A program made the translations under genes and the position numbers. DNA of 64,000 bases from Mayamaea pseudoterrestris (Eukaryota). Where the stretch lies: NCBI GenBank assembly GCA_027923505.1, contig BROI01000005.1, positions 744,001 through 808,000 of the forward strand, read 5' to 3'. The notes beneath the pieces were generated by a model. It searched no databases. It worked only from the letters and a program-made list of their open reading frames with translations, and had not been told where the DNA came from. Positions 1 through 11,850 of this stretch are shown one piece after another; the first letter of the stretch is position 1, and every line of letters starts with the position of its first letter.

Positions 1-73
1 ACACATAATATACATGCTTGTTTGGCTAGTGTATTCTAAGTTATGAGGGGCAGGAATGAGTGCAAGTCGGGGC

Positions 74-2787
74 TCATTCGTCACCATTGACCCTTACATT
101 TTCCATCCTTTCGTCGACTAATCTCTCAGCTGATGCAGCAACGTCAGTGAAACTACTCATCCCTCTACTACCAAGTCGACGAGCGCTTTGTCGACTGAAA
201 AAGTCACGAATGGCTCGAGTCACTCGCGCGCTATTGGCATCATCTCGTTCCGCTTGAACATATCCGTCGACAAAGCGACTGAAGAAGCTCTTGGGTTGCA
301 CGCGCTTCAGTTGCGCTTGCTTTCGTTCCTGCAAGCGACGCAGCTCCGCTGGTAGCTTGCGTCGACTCTTCGCCGTGGCCTCCTCCACTGCCTTGGCGGC
401 TTGCTTCATCATGCGGGCCGAACGAATACCTTCCTTGACGCGGTCCAGTGTAATGATAAATGTTCTGTTTGGAATTGTAAATGCCAGGTAGTGATTGCCT
501 AAAAAGCGACCCGGTCGCAACACTGCCGATAGCTCAAAGCGCAAGGCATTGTCCTTGATGTAAATGGACTTTACCTTGTTGTCTTCGCCCAGATCAAAAC
601 CGTCGTTTTCGGGGTCTTCCATTTTGAAGGGTGAGTAAATCGGGAAGAAGAAATAGAGCGGCTTTGGTTTTTGACGTTCGGAAATGCTGAAAAATTCGCA
701 ACATTGATTGACACTGAAAATGATGGCGGAGGTGGCGAGAAAATAAATGGTTTGAGTCGATGCCCTTATTCATAATTTATAATTTCAAATGAAGTACCCT
801 GCACTTACACTCTTTCCCACGCCTTTGGACATTCCAACACGAGAGCCAGCTCTGGCTCCATAAGTCGAATTCTCCTTCCCGCCGCGTTGGTTCCGAGTTT
901 TGCTCGCAGCTTAAACGCATTCTCCACAATGGGCTGCTCCGGCGCAGTTTGGACTCGCACTCGCCCAGTCAAAATGAGACGATTGGATGTATCGAATTCA
1001 ACATCTTCAATGGCAATCACGTCCACGACCGGAGCTGTCGTGCTGGACATTTTCCACGTGCGCCCATAAAAGACAGCGCCGTCGATCGTGTCGCGGAGGG
1101 ATCGCACGCGTCGGCGAATCGCCTGCGCAACGAGACGACGCAGACCCGCATCAAGCAGAAAAGAGTTCTTAATGTCATGGCTATTGAATGAAGCTGTGAT
1201 TGTTGTCGTGAATGGTTCCAAAATGAGTGGACCTCCTGGTGTAATGTGCTTGATCAATGGAATAGCGCCAAACAAGAGTCGTCGAAGGTCCATCTTCAAG
1301 TCTGAAATGGTAATCGAGCCAAGATCCTTGCCCGTCGAAACCAAGGATGCAAGTTGTTCATCAGTAACTTCGCTGATTCTATTGCTCTTGGCAGAATATC
1401 CATTGGCCCAGTCAAAGCTCTCGGGCACGACAGTACGCGACGGCTTGTCCACAATGTCACCATTCGCTACGGTTGTAGAATCGCCATTGACGTGCACAAG
1501 CTCCGACGGAAGAGCGTCAGGGTGCATGGTAGCCAAGCTTTCGTCTGCGACTGAGTTGCTGATATCATTGTTGGCTGCAAACACTGTGCTAAATTTATCC
1601 TCCTCGCGAGCTGCGTCGCCAGGAAAGAAACTCTGCACAAAATTTTTAATGTGCACAAACCATCCGCCAGTATTGCCTTCGGTAGACTCGGTCTTTATCG
1701 AATCTTCAGTAGTTTGTTGTTCCATTTCTTGTGCCTCTCGCAAAGCTGCCATGTCTTCCACCATGGACTGATACTCGGATCTGTCTACAACACCGTCACC
1801 GTTAAAGTCGTACAAGGCTACCAACTCGTTCGCCACGCCCTTCATGACTGTTTTCAGCTTGCGATGTTCCGTTTCATCCGACGACCGTGCCGCCACGACC
1901 AGGGCTTCCGCAATCTCGTCGCTATCAAGTGCTCCACTGTTATCCACGTCAATGCGTTCAAACGCTTCATCCGCACACGAAACATCATACAACTGCCGAT
2001 CCATATAAAAGGCTCCCTGCTGCGTATCCGGAAACTGCATTTTATATTCATGAAAGGCTTGATCGAGTCCACCCATGCGCAGCGGCTTGAAGCCAAGTCG
2101 ACTAAACTGAATGCGAATCGCATCGACGCGCTTGTCCCACAGCGGCGTGTGCGGCCGGGCATCCACCTGCACGTCCAAATCCACCACTTCCTCGGCGAGG
2201 GCGTGAATCAGTCCCATAATGGTGCGGGCGCCGTAGCGGCGGCCCTTGGCGTAGTTGGTCTTGGCGAGTAGATTGGATAGTTGGTTGGTCTTTTCGCGGC
2301 GAATGCCTTCCAAAGCGGTGCGGGCGTGGCGGCGGCGCCACATGGAGCGGAGCGTCGTTGGAGCGTTTTGTGTCACTGGTTCTTGCGAAGCATGTTTTGG
2401 TATTGCATTGGTCGGATCGTTTTGGTTATTTTGATGTAGTGAATGCTGCTTTAAAGATGAAGGAGAAAAGTCAACTTTGGTGACATTGATGGAGCAATTG
2501 ATTACATCCGAAGCTAGCTCCAACTTTTGCTCCGGATGAACTGCCACTAGCTCAACGTTTTCTCTTAGGTCTTGTTCCGTTTCTGTAGCTGTAGATTGTC
2601 GTCGTTGTCTATACACATGGTTGTATCTTGTTCCTTGTCGCAAAAGCGAGGATTGATGCAATGGCGCAATGAACGCTCCGCGGCAGCGTGACGCGTGATT
2701 CACCGCCACAAGAACCAGCAGCTGACATAGCCATGCCGAGCTGCGACTCCGTCGTTTTCTTCTTCGTTTCAGTGATTCATCTGTCAT
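74..2787 (-). CDS. EF-hand Ca2+-binding protein, probably plastid-targeted (2 exons: 2787-809, then 713 or 686 to 74)
   Basis: Two canonical EF loops, DVDNSGALDSDE and DFNGDGVVDRSE. Hydrophobic leader ending RGA-FIAP. GTAAG donor at 808 with in-frame CAG acceptors at 714-716 or 687-689 joins ORFs 805..2787 and 74..622. Confidence 0.75.
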
Positions 2788-3317
2788 AATTAATTTACAA
2801 GAGAAATACTGCAGCTGATGGATCGCCGCGTGATTGAAGAAGGCAGCGAAAAGTGAATCGAAGAAAAAAGGAGCAAGGACGATGGTCTATCACAGAATCT
2901 TGTTCAATTCCAATCTCATGACACTGCTGCAAGACTTGAGTTTCTAGCAACTAGCTTTTCAAAACAGTACGTGACGTCCAACAAGGTGTGTATACTCCGG
3001 AAATGAAAGTTTGGAAGCAAGTCGTTCGCTTGCAGATCGGATGACGCTCGCAGCCCGCGCCGAAAACTAAATAATGTCTTAGCGGTTAATTAGTATCGCA
3101 GCGGTTTTGAAAATTATCGACCGCGACCACCATGGATGATGGATGATGATTCCTCGACGAGCCGCTGCTTTTTTAATTTGCTACAATGCCCAAGGCTCCA
3201 GTGGTAGACAGAGTATACTAGACCCGCTTAAGGTATCTGTAAAACATTTCAACTGATCCTTTTGCTATTGACAAAAGCGTCGACTGCTCGCTCATCGCAT
3301 ACTCGATCGCAAGCATC

Positions 3318-4184
3318 ATGTCCAAGGCACGCAACGTGGCAGCCATTGCCGCCGGAGGAAGCTTGTACGTCATGTCCGTCTACACTGGCTACATGTATCA
3401 CATGATGACGCGGGATGACACTGCGCACGAGTTTCCCTCGCTCGCTGGAGGCAATGCTGATGCGAAACTAGACATGTACAACAATTGCTCTTGCACTACG
3501 CCAAGCATTCAAAATCCAAATCGCTCCATGCGATACAATGTCATTGCAAGTATATACGACGATGAAATAAACCGCCAAGAGTTTTTTACAGGAATCAATC
3601 TACTGCGGCGTTGGATGCTGCACTTTCACGCGCGCGGCAACGTGTTGGAGGTGGGCTGCGGAACGGGTCGCAATGTAAACTACTATCTGCAATCAAGTAG
3701 TGTCAATCGCGTCGTCTTGACGGATGCATCCACGGAAATGCTGCAGCAGGCGCGCGACAAAATTCTCAAGTTGCCAACGACGGATCAGTCAAAATTCGCA
3801 CTCGTGCCGGCCGATGCCATGACGCTGGAAACGGAAACGGTTGGTAGATTGCCGGACGACGCGTTTGACACCGTCGTTGATACCTTTGGACTATGCAGCT
3901 TCCATGATCCCGTGGCCGTGTTGAAGCAAATGGCCCGCGTCTGCGATAAGAGCAATGGAAAAATAATATTGCTCGAGCACGGCCGCAGCAAAACGTGGGA
4001 CTTTGTCACCAAGCATTTGGATAAACATGCGGAACATCATGCTTTAAAGTGGGGCTGCGTGTGGAACCGCGATTTGGATGCCATACTGGACGAATGCGTC
4101 AAGCACGGCTTTTTGAAGGTGGAGACGAAGCGAACGTGGCACTTTGGAACAACCTACTATGTCATTTGTCGGCCGGTGAAATGA
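3318..4184 (+). CDS. Class I SAM-dependent methyltransferase (Methyltransf_11, OMS1-like)
   Basis: Motif I VLEVGCGTGRN, plus FDTVVDTFGLCS, ILLEHGRS and WGCVWNRD. N-terminal hydrophobic anchor. Confidence 0.85.
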   Translation: MSKARNVAAIAAGGSLYVMSVYTGYMYHMMTRDDTAHEFPSLAGGNADAKLDMYNNCSCTTPSIQNPNRSMRYNVIASIYDDEINRQEFFTGINLLRRWMLHFHARGNVLEVGCGTGRNVNYYLQSSSVNRVVLTDASTEMLQQARDKILKLPTTDQSKFALVPADAMTLETETVGRLPDDAFDTVVDTFGLCSFHDPVAVLKQMARVCDKSNGKIILLEHGRSKTWDFVTKHLDKHAEHHALKWGCVWNRDLDAILDECVKHGFLKVETKRTWHFGTTYYVICRPVK

Positions 4185-4799
4185 ATGCTTCTACTAGCGG
4201 AGGTTCAGGCAGGTTTTACCGGTTGTCATAAAAAAAGCTCAGCACGAGGACGAAAAATGAAGATTTCTTACCTTCTACCGGCGAGCAAAGCGAGGAGGCT
4301 AATTTGAGAATCGCAGATACCTACTACCGGTATACCGGTACATGGCCGACTATTCTTAACGTCAACCTTGCTGATGCGCTGCATGACATTTAAATCCCAT
4401 GAGCTATGTAGCTATAAATTGACTATTCTACCGCCTGCTACCGGCATAGTTATGACTTCTGACTTACGTAACTGTCATGTCAAGCTGGCATGCCGAACTC
4501 CCTTCGTTTCCGTCGTGGAAGCGATTCCCCGCATACGGTTTGGCCGGTTGTCAAGATGGCGCTGACGTTTCTTCGCACCCTTGGCACTTGCGCGTGCGCA
4601 TGTTTTGTCGTAGCAAAATCTGACTATGGTGCAGAGAGTACTGTTCGCGTGTTTGAAACGTCATACCGGTTCTCAACTTCCTTCGTTCCTGTCGACTCGT
4701 CTCCGAGGCTCCGCGAGACGCTTCACAAAAAACCAGCGGCATCGCAGTCATCGCCATTCTCCAGACCTGCTGCTGCAACCGCCACACATAAACGGAACC

Positions 4800-5656
4800 A
4801 TGAGCACTGATCAATCACAAACAACTGCATCCTCCCCATCGGAGCCAAAGCTTTGCAAGAAAGGCTGTGGATTCTTTGTAAGTAATAATTACTGAAGTTT
4901 TGCTGGTCGTGGGTGTGAAGCGAAAGCTCGACGTCGGTTGACGGCATGGCCCGTCTGTCACGACGAGCGGTCGTAATTCGGAGCGGAGCGTTCCGCTAGC
5001 GCAAATTCTACACGCTCTCCATGATACATAGACTGCGTCGAATTATTTATTCATCGTCTCATGGCAAGGTTACGCTGTTGTTCGCTTGGTGTCTTGCGCG
5101 TGCATGTTCGTTGACTTTCGCTCCCCCGCTGGAAATTGCCCGCCCCCGACCGCTTATCGCTGGTTTCGCCGTTGGTGACGTCACGACCCGTGTCGAATCG
5201 TCGCTCCGCCCCCGAAGTCGCGATCGACGACCAGCTTGCTGGGCCTACGGTATTGACTCATTCTAATTCATTATATTCCTCTTTTTTACTCAGGGATCCT
5301 CTGCCTTTGGAGACTGCTGCTCGAAATGCTTTATTGAAATGCAAAAGAAGCAAGGAATAGTCCAGGCCTCCATGCAGCCGCAGTTGGCTGCCGTTGCAGA
5401 AGAACCAAAGCAACCCGAGCCCTCTGCAGAAACGCAACCGATGGAAGTCGATGAGCCAGTCGTTTTGGAAGCACCAGTCGTCGAGCCAGTGCCTGCGGCG
5501 GCAGATGGGCAAACGAAGAAGAAGAAAAAGACGTCGTACAAGAATATGCTCAAGGACATGATGAAGAGCTCGCCGGACCGGGATATTGAAAAGGAGAAGG
5601 AGCAGCTGCGACAGGTTACGGGAGGAGGACAGTTTCAAAAAATTGAAAAGATCTAA
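4800..5656 (+). CDS. A20-type zinc-finger protein without AN1 finger (exons 4800-4877, 5294-5656)
   Basis: Splicing GTAAGT(4878)..CAG(5293) gives LCKKGCGFF|GSSAFGDCCSKCF, the zf-A20 consensus. The ORF track does not show it as a single ORF. Confidence 0.85.
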
Positions 5657-6044
5657 CTGGGAGGATTGAGCACACACTTATAGAAGGAACGGGGGTATTG
5701 TCTGGCGATGCTGGAGAATTGAACAGTTGGGTATGAGCAATTGGCAACACGCGGATCGTAACTCCTTTAATTGTAACATTTTATCATATTATTTCAATCT
5801 ACCGGTAGATTGCTTGTAAATTTTAGCATGTATTCTGCGATTCGATGATTGCATTATCTCTGCAGGATGCTAGTAGCAACTCGTTAGTTGTCGAGACGTG
5901 CGCCGCCGCGGCGCTCGTTGTGGCCGCTAAACATGCTCCTAAAGTAGCTTCTTATACATTCACAGGCTTTTGCGCAAGTTCTGTATCTATAAGCTTGTCT
6001 TTGCATTTTGTATTTATTGAGTTTGCCGGTCGGTCTACAGCTTG

Positions 6045-6971
6045 CTATCGCCGACCTGCATCGACCAACAGTGGATGGTCCGCCGATTTACCCATTTCAA
6101 ACAATTGATAAACAGCCTCACGTCCCAGGCCGGGATTCAACGAATGCACAAAGGTCGTCCAGGTGGTTGGTACCCAGACGGAATGGTTGCAGGGAGGATG
6201 TAGTACGCGCGAAAAGCCTCCATCCAAGTAGCGTTCGCCGTCTTGCTCCAACGCAACTCCTTGTCCAGTCACTATTGGAATCCACGTCGTTTTGATGAGC
6301 AAATCAATCAAATCGCTGCGATTGGAAGGTTGTACAATCTCAACTCCTCGGCTAGCTGTTGTGACAATAATGTTGAGCTGATGGAGAACGTGCTCGATGC
6401 GATTTACATCCGTCGGAGTCACGAGGCGATTTAGAAAGTGATTTACCATGTCGAAGCGACTTAGTTCGCCTTGCATCCAGCCATTTTGTATCTCGTAGCA
6501 AGCGTCCACCGTCTCGTCAATGGTCGTGTTGAGAAAGGCAAGGACGAGACTGAGACAACCCGAAGAGTAGCAATAGTAATTGTAGGAAGTCAGCTCTTGA
6601 TCAAGTCCCTGAAACAAGCCGAGATGATACCAAAATCCGGAAAAGCCTGATCCTGGAGAGATGGAAGGTAGTTTTGCATGAGACTTTCGCGTCACACGTC
6701 ACACCAAAGTTGTTGATCTACACCGACAGAATGACTTCTGCAATGCCGATGGCATTTCAGGCATTCGCCAACAAAGACCATCAACGTTGCTGCAAAAACC
6801 TTTACATAAAATACATTGCTTTCACTTACCCGGAACATAGACGCTGGAGGGACCAGCCGGAGGCGACCGTTCGTACAGCAAATGCAGTGGCGGCGACAGC
6901 ACTAAATGGTAAAGACCGCCGACTGTGTAGAGACATGCTGCCAAGATTCCGCCAGCTTGCATCCATTTCAT
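6045..6971 (-). CDS. Patatin-like phospholipase/acyl hydrolase (exons 6971-6830, 6652-6045)
   Basis: Spliced sequence gives the Gly-rich loop VYVPGSGFSGFWYHLG, a CYSSG nucleophile elbow and YLDGGF (DGG). GTAAGT donor at 6829, CAG acceptor at 6653. N-terminal hydrophobic segment. Confidence 0.75.
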
Positions 6972-7325
6972 CGTTTTTCAAAGCAAGGCTACGGTATTGC
7001 TGATCGACAAGTAGCCACTACTACTAGTCGATGATTTCTATCACACTCCGCATTGGGTTCACTTTAAAACATGCAATATAGAGACTTGCCATGGAGGTCG
7101 GAAAGGTCATGGTGCATCAAAGCGGCGAAACAGATGGTTCGGAACGCATTCTTCCAACATCGAACGCGACGGTGTTTGTGTGGCGCGTCGGGCGAGTTCG
7201 ACTGAGCGCCAGCCGAGAAATGGTGCGACATTAATGGAAACCGGAGCGACTTGCACATCCATCGCGAAACTCGACCACCATGACAGGGATATTTCCAGCC
7301 GCCCGTACCTTTCATATCAAGCATT

Positions 7326-7979
7326 ATGGTCTTTCTTCATTTATTTATTGTCAATAAATCAGGCGGCTTGATCCATCATCGTCCATTGAGTCCCAAGGCG
7401 CCGCAGATTGGTACCAACGAGTGGCTGCGGATCGGATCCACCTTTCACTCGCTGCATGCCATTGCCGCGGAAGCGTCTCCGGTGAGACTGCCGCATGGAA
7501 AGAATGAATGTATGTATGAATATGAGAACTGGGATATACGATGCTCATCAGGTTAGTCGATGTGTCTCATTTATATTGCAATGTTCATTATTCTTTTCAG
7601 CCGGCGCCGACGACGGCATCGAGGAGATTGTCGCGGCAGGAATGTGCCTGCGATGTTTACAAACGAGGACGGGAATCAAGTTTGTCGTTACAGCGGAAAA
7701 GGGAACGAGCGACATGGACTTGGTGCTGCGAGAAATCTATATACTGGTGCGTAGACCGAGACGAGCGGCAGGCGCGAGGCGCGAGTGATGTTTTGATTGT
7801 TTTATAAACTCACACTCCTCATTCAATGTCGCCATATACTCTCTACGCTTTTGCAGTACACGGAATCAGTATTGAAAGATCCATTCTACGAACTTGACAT
7901 GCCGATTCGCTCCGACCTATTCGTTCACTCTGTGGATGCCTTGATTGACCGAGTCGCCAAGTCGGCTGGACGACGGTAG
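7326..7979 (+). CDS. TRS23: TRAPP complex subunit Trs23/TRAPPC4 (sybindin family); exons 7326-7509, 7601-7746, 7857-7979
   Basis: LFIVNKSGGLI, NEWLRIGSTFHSLHAI, LQTRTGIKFV and VLKDPFYELDMPIRSDLF. Two GT-AG introns keep the frame. Confidence 0.9.
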
Positions 7980-8155
7980 CTAATTACTGTAATGGTGTAT
8001 ATACTACTACACAAACTTGACTGAATTCATATGCGTTATAGTATTATTTTGTTTGTCGCTCTATGAATCCTGTTACTAAAAGCCAAAAAAGACATTTACC
8101 ATACAAAAACATCATGCAGACACACGTTCTCAGCGTATCCATTTCGTCAAGCGTT

Positions 8156-9131
8156 TTACCACGAGCGTCCATATCCCGAACGTCCGTTGCTGCCGTAGCT
8201 ATCGTAACCATACCGGGAGTTGCCATATCCACTGTTACCGCCGTAACCATTGTTGCTGTAGGGGCCGTAGGATTGGCGTCCACCGCGCTGCTGGTAGTCG
8301 TAGTGGATGCTTCCCTCGTAGCGAAGGCTTCCGTTCTCGTCCGGAAAGCGGCCACTGTTCAACCACGGTCCCTGGCGGTAGTTGTCGTAGTTTTGGTAGT
8401 TGTTGCCACTGTACATCATGCTGCCTCCGCGGCCATTGCGGCTGTAGTCATTGTAGTTGTTGTTGTAGCCGTAGCGGCTCTGGGACGAGTACATGTTGTT
8501 GTTGCTGTAGCCATTGCCACTGTTGTATCCGTAGCGACTGGTGGAGTATTGGTCGTTGTTGTAGTTGTTGTACGATAGGCTGCTGCTGCGGCGGCTGCCA
8601 TCCTCGGGAGGGAAGCGGCCATTGTTGATGCGCGAGGAGTAGCCGTCGCGCATGTTGTTGTAGCCATATCCGCTGTTGCCGTATCCACTGTAACGTCTCT
8701 GAATAAGTCATTATGGAGAAAGGAAGAGTGTGAGCGATGCCGAGACCAATGACGATACACATAACCAAGCATGCAACCATGACATCGTTGAAACTTACCG
8801 CAGAGTCACTGTTGGCGTATGGCCCGTTGTACGAGTTGCGGTACGTGTTGCTGCCCGACAACTGGTAGTTATTGTTGTTATAGTTATTGTAGTACCCCTG
8901 CGGCTGCTGCACGTTGCCGAGGCGGTCGCCCCGCTGTTGGTAGTACTCGTTGCGCAGGACGCTGACATCGCCGTTGCGGTTTCTCGTGTAGGGATCCGCC
9001 CGGGCGTACTCGTGCCAGGCCATGTTCAGCTCCGTTGAAGGTGTGCTGAGCGTCAAGCCACTCTTGACTGGCTGCGCCACAAAGGCGGAGGCGAGTGGGA
9101 GGATGGCGGTGAGGAGAATAAAGGACTTCAT
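8156..9131 (-). CDS. Plastid-targeted low-complexity (Y/N/G/S/R-rich) protein, ~291 aa (exons 9131-8799, 8698-8156)
   Basis: Bipartite leader MKSFILLTAILPLASA-FVAQP. Phase-0 intron GTAAGT(8798)..CAG(8699) joins ORFs 8448..9248 and 8156..8653. Confidence 0.8.
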
Positions 9132-9608
9132 GGTGGCAGCTAAGTGGGTAGAGAGAGTCGAGCAACTGGAGACAAGAAAGGCGCTTCCCGCAGAGGATCT
9201 GTCTGCGAAAGAACAAAAAGATTGGTCAGCGAGTGAATCGTCAACCACCCTATTGCCACCTTGGTCACACTTGCGTCGAAACGATCGCTCATGAATGACG
9301 CGTCAGCACACAAAGAAAGGTTGCACGCGAATCGAATTGCCCCCCGTGAGGCTCTTTCGAAAGGCTCTTTCTTGCCCGTCAACAAGTCACGGTAATGAAA
9401 ACTGCTTTCGCAACAGCCAAGCGGCAGATGGCGCATGGTTCACCATGGCGATTCGACTTCGCCAAACAATTCTCGTCGCAGCACACATTCATAGCGCCGA
9501 ATTGAGTTGACCTTAGCTACAGCAACAGTATATAAAAGATGCTCAAGTCGTTAGGGTGTTAAAATATATAGTGATGAGGCAACACATACCAGTATCATAC
9601 AAACTAGT

Positions 9609-10094
9609 CTATGATTCCATTTGCTGCTGCTCGACGACAAGCTCCGTATATCCCGTCTCGTCGTCATGCTCCCTCGCAAACGAAACGTGTTGCATCGTGC
9701 CAAACACTACTTCCAAAGTCGTATATACAGTGCCGCCCATGACGTGACCTCCAAACACGTTGCCATGCTGATTGGAAACACTCATGTGCAAATGCTTGCT
9801 TCCATCTTTGGAAAAGGTGCCAACGAGCGACACGACTTCGAGCTGTTCGTTCCAAACCTTGACGGCATTATTGTCACTCGACGCACTCGCACTGGCCATG
9901 CGCAGCTGCACCATGGACAAGCTTCCCACGGCGGTCAAGACAATGCAGGCGCTGCTGCTGCCAGTTTGTTGCTGCTGCTGCATGGCAAGGTTCGCGGCGG
10001 CGAGGAGACACGATACCAAGTCATCGTTCGGCTTGAAACGAACCGCGTGCGCAACAAGTGCGCCTGATGCGAGTTGCATGGAGTTGTCAGTCAT
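9609..10094 (-). CDS. PPC/DUF296 domain protein
   Basis: AVRFKPNDDL, TAVGSL, EVVSLVGTF, HLHMSVS, VFGGHV, VYTTLEV and DDETGYTEL. Confidence 0.9.
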   Translation of the reverse strand: MTDNSMQLASGALVAHAVRFKPNDDLVSCLLAAANLAMQQQQQTGSSSACIVLTAVGSLSMVQLRMASASASSDNNAVKVWNEQLEVVSLVGTFSKDGSKHLHMSVSNQHGNVFGGHVMGGTVYTTLEVVFGTMQHVSFAREHDDETGYTELVVEQQQMES

Positions 10095-10716
10095 GTTGTG
10101 CGTCTAGTTAATTGTTTATTGTAGCAGAAGCAGCGGTCTTTAGTTGGCGAATCCTATGGCCAAAACCAAAGTCCCATTCGGCATATTTGGAACTGCGCGC
10201 GCGGCAACAGGTCCGAAACCATTTTATAATATGCTTCGATTGAGACTGTTCGACCCCTCCTTCATTGTCAATTGATCTGCTAACTGCGTAGCAACGTTGG
10301 TCATGTCACGGAGCATCTTTAGACGATGCTACAGGTCGTGCAAAACCTTAGCTAACCGATGTCAAACGCTTCAGTCGTGTGTATTCATGTGCGGAGAAAC
10401 TTTTGCGCGCCAGCCAGTCGTGCCGTTCGCACGAAACCGCATGCAGCGTGCGCTCCACGCTCGTTGGAATTCGAATGGAAATGCTCGACGAATTGGCGCG
10501 TCGGATCGAGACTTGATTCTTTTGAGCGCATGGATATTGGATGCTGCTAGCAATACATCCGTTTCTCGCTGCACGACCATCTATTGCACCTTTACAAAGA
10601 AACGGGCAAGACTATTATACAGAGCATCATTGTGCAATACGATAGCAATCAGCAGCAGTCGTTCTCGCTTCCATTTCCATTCCCCTTCATCTTCCACGCT
10701 CCCGTTACCAGACAAC

Positions 10717-11850
10717 ATGCCATGCTACTCGCTCCGCCGCTGCTCTCGGGTGCAATCCGTGCCGACAACCGACACTGTCATGCGTAAAACTACCAACAAG
10801 TCACTGCTGCAGCGCCTGCTGCGACTTCGAGGCAACGAGCACAAGCAGCTGCGGCAGTCGCAGCGAACCATGGAAACGACGAGCATGCAGTTTGCAGCAC
10901 CAGCAACCACAGATTGTCACGCTGCTGCTGCAGTTCGCCCAATGCCGAGTATGATGGGAAACGATGATTATGCAAATTATCAATACCATGCTTCAAGTCC
11001 ATGTCGGTTCGCAGCAACAACAATAACACGATCTTCATCATCACCTGCCATTCCCTACGAAATTTCCATTCCAAGTGACTTTTCACACGACTCTGACGAA
11101 GACTACTGGGAGCAGCTTGCATTAATTGACAATTGCCAGCAATCACCCGCCGAAGCTGCCTATGGCAGTGCGCTCGACTGTTTCGACGCGCAGGAATACC
11201 ACCAAGCGCTGGAGCAGGTGCAGATTGGAGTCACGGCGCTGCATGACACTGACGACTTGAGATGCAAACTGCTTCTGGTGCAGGCGGAAGCGTTGGTGAA
11301 ACTGGAGCGCTACGCGCCAGGCTTGGAGTGCTACCAGCAGGTACTTGACCATGTCAAGAAGAATAATAAGAAAAGCACTTTTGAATCACCAATTTCGCTT
11401 GACTGCGCCAATTTATATTGCACCTGTGGCCGCGTGGCAGCCCGCGCCAAGGATTACGAGAAGTCGATATACTACTTTGAGCAGGGACTCGCGGTGGTTG
11501 CGGCAAGCAATGGCAGCAGCAACGCCGCCATGGCCGCACTCTTGTACCACGAGCTTGCCTTGGTGTACCGCAACGGTTTGCACAATGCCACCTTGGCGGT
11601 GCAAATGTTGCTCAAGGCGCTGGCGTGCGAGTCGACACTCTATCAGCAAGCGCTGGATCAGGTGCATCGCTGCTGCAATTGCTCGTCCAATGCTCGCTGC
11701 CAGCGCCACGCGACCTTGCTGCAGGGCATTGGTGAGCAAGTGCGCACGACGCGCACCACGATTGGGCGCATTCATTACGAGCAAAGTGGCGACTTGGAGA
11801 CTGCCATGCGATTCACCAGCATGAAGATGAGTTTGACGTCGGTGGTGTGA
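10717..11850 (+). CDS. TPR-repeat protein (start codon uncertain)
   Basis: TPR-like helices (EYHQALEQ, YAPGLECYQQVL, DYEKSIYYFEQGL, LYHELALVY). The upstream part of ORF 10297 looks non-coding. Confidence 0.65.
   Translation: MPCYSLRRCSRVQSVPTTDTVMRKTTNKSLLQRLLRLRGNEHKQLRQSQRTMETTSMQFAAPATTDCHAAAAVRPMPSMMGNDDYANYQYHASSPCRFAATTITRSSSSPAIPYEISIPSDFSHDSDEDYWEQLALIDNCQQSPAEAAYGSALDCFDAQEYHQALEQVQIGVTALHDTDDLRCKLLLVQAEALVKLERYAPGLECYQQVLDHVKKNNKKSTFESPISLDCANLYCTCGRVAARAKDYEKSIYYFEQGLAVVAASNGSSNAAMAALLYHELALVYRNGLHNATLAVQMLLKALACESTLYQQALDQVHRCCNCSSNARCQRHATLLQGIGEQVRTTRTTIGRIHYEQSGDLETAMRFTSMKMSLTSVV

Noticed and set aside
8063..8578. 171-aa Val-rich plus-strand ORF that looks like a membrane protein
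   Set aside because: It is the antisense shadow of the AAC/TAC-rich codons of the low-complexity gene.
10297..10716. Upstream part of the 517-aa TPR ORF
   Set aside because: It has a non-ATG start and promoter/UTR-like composition.
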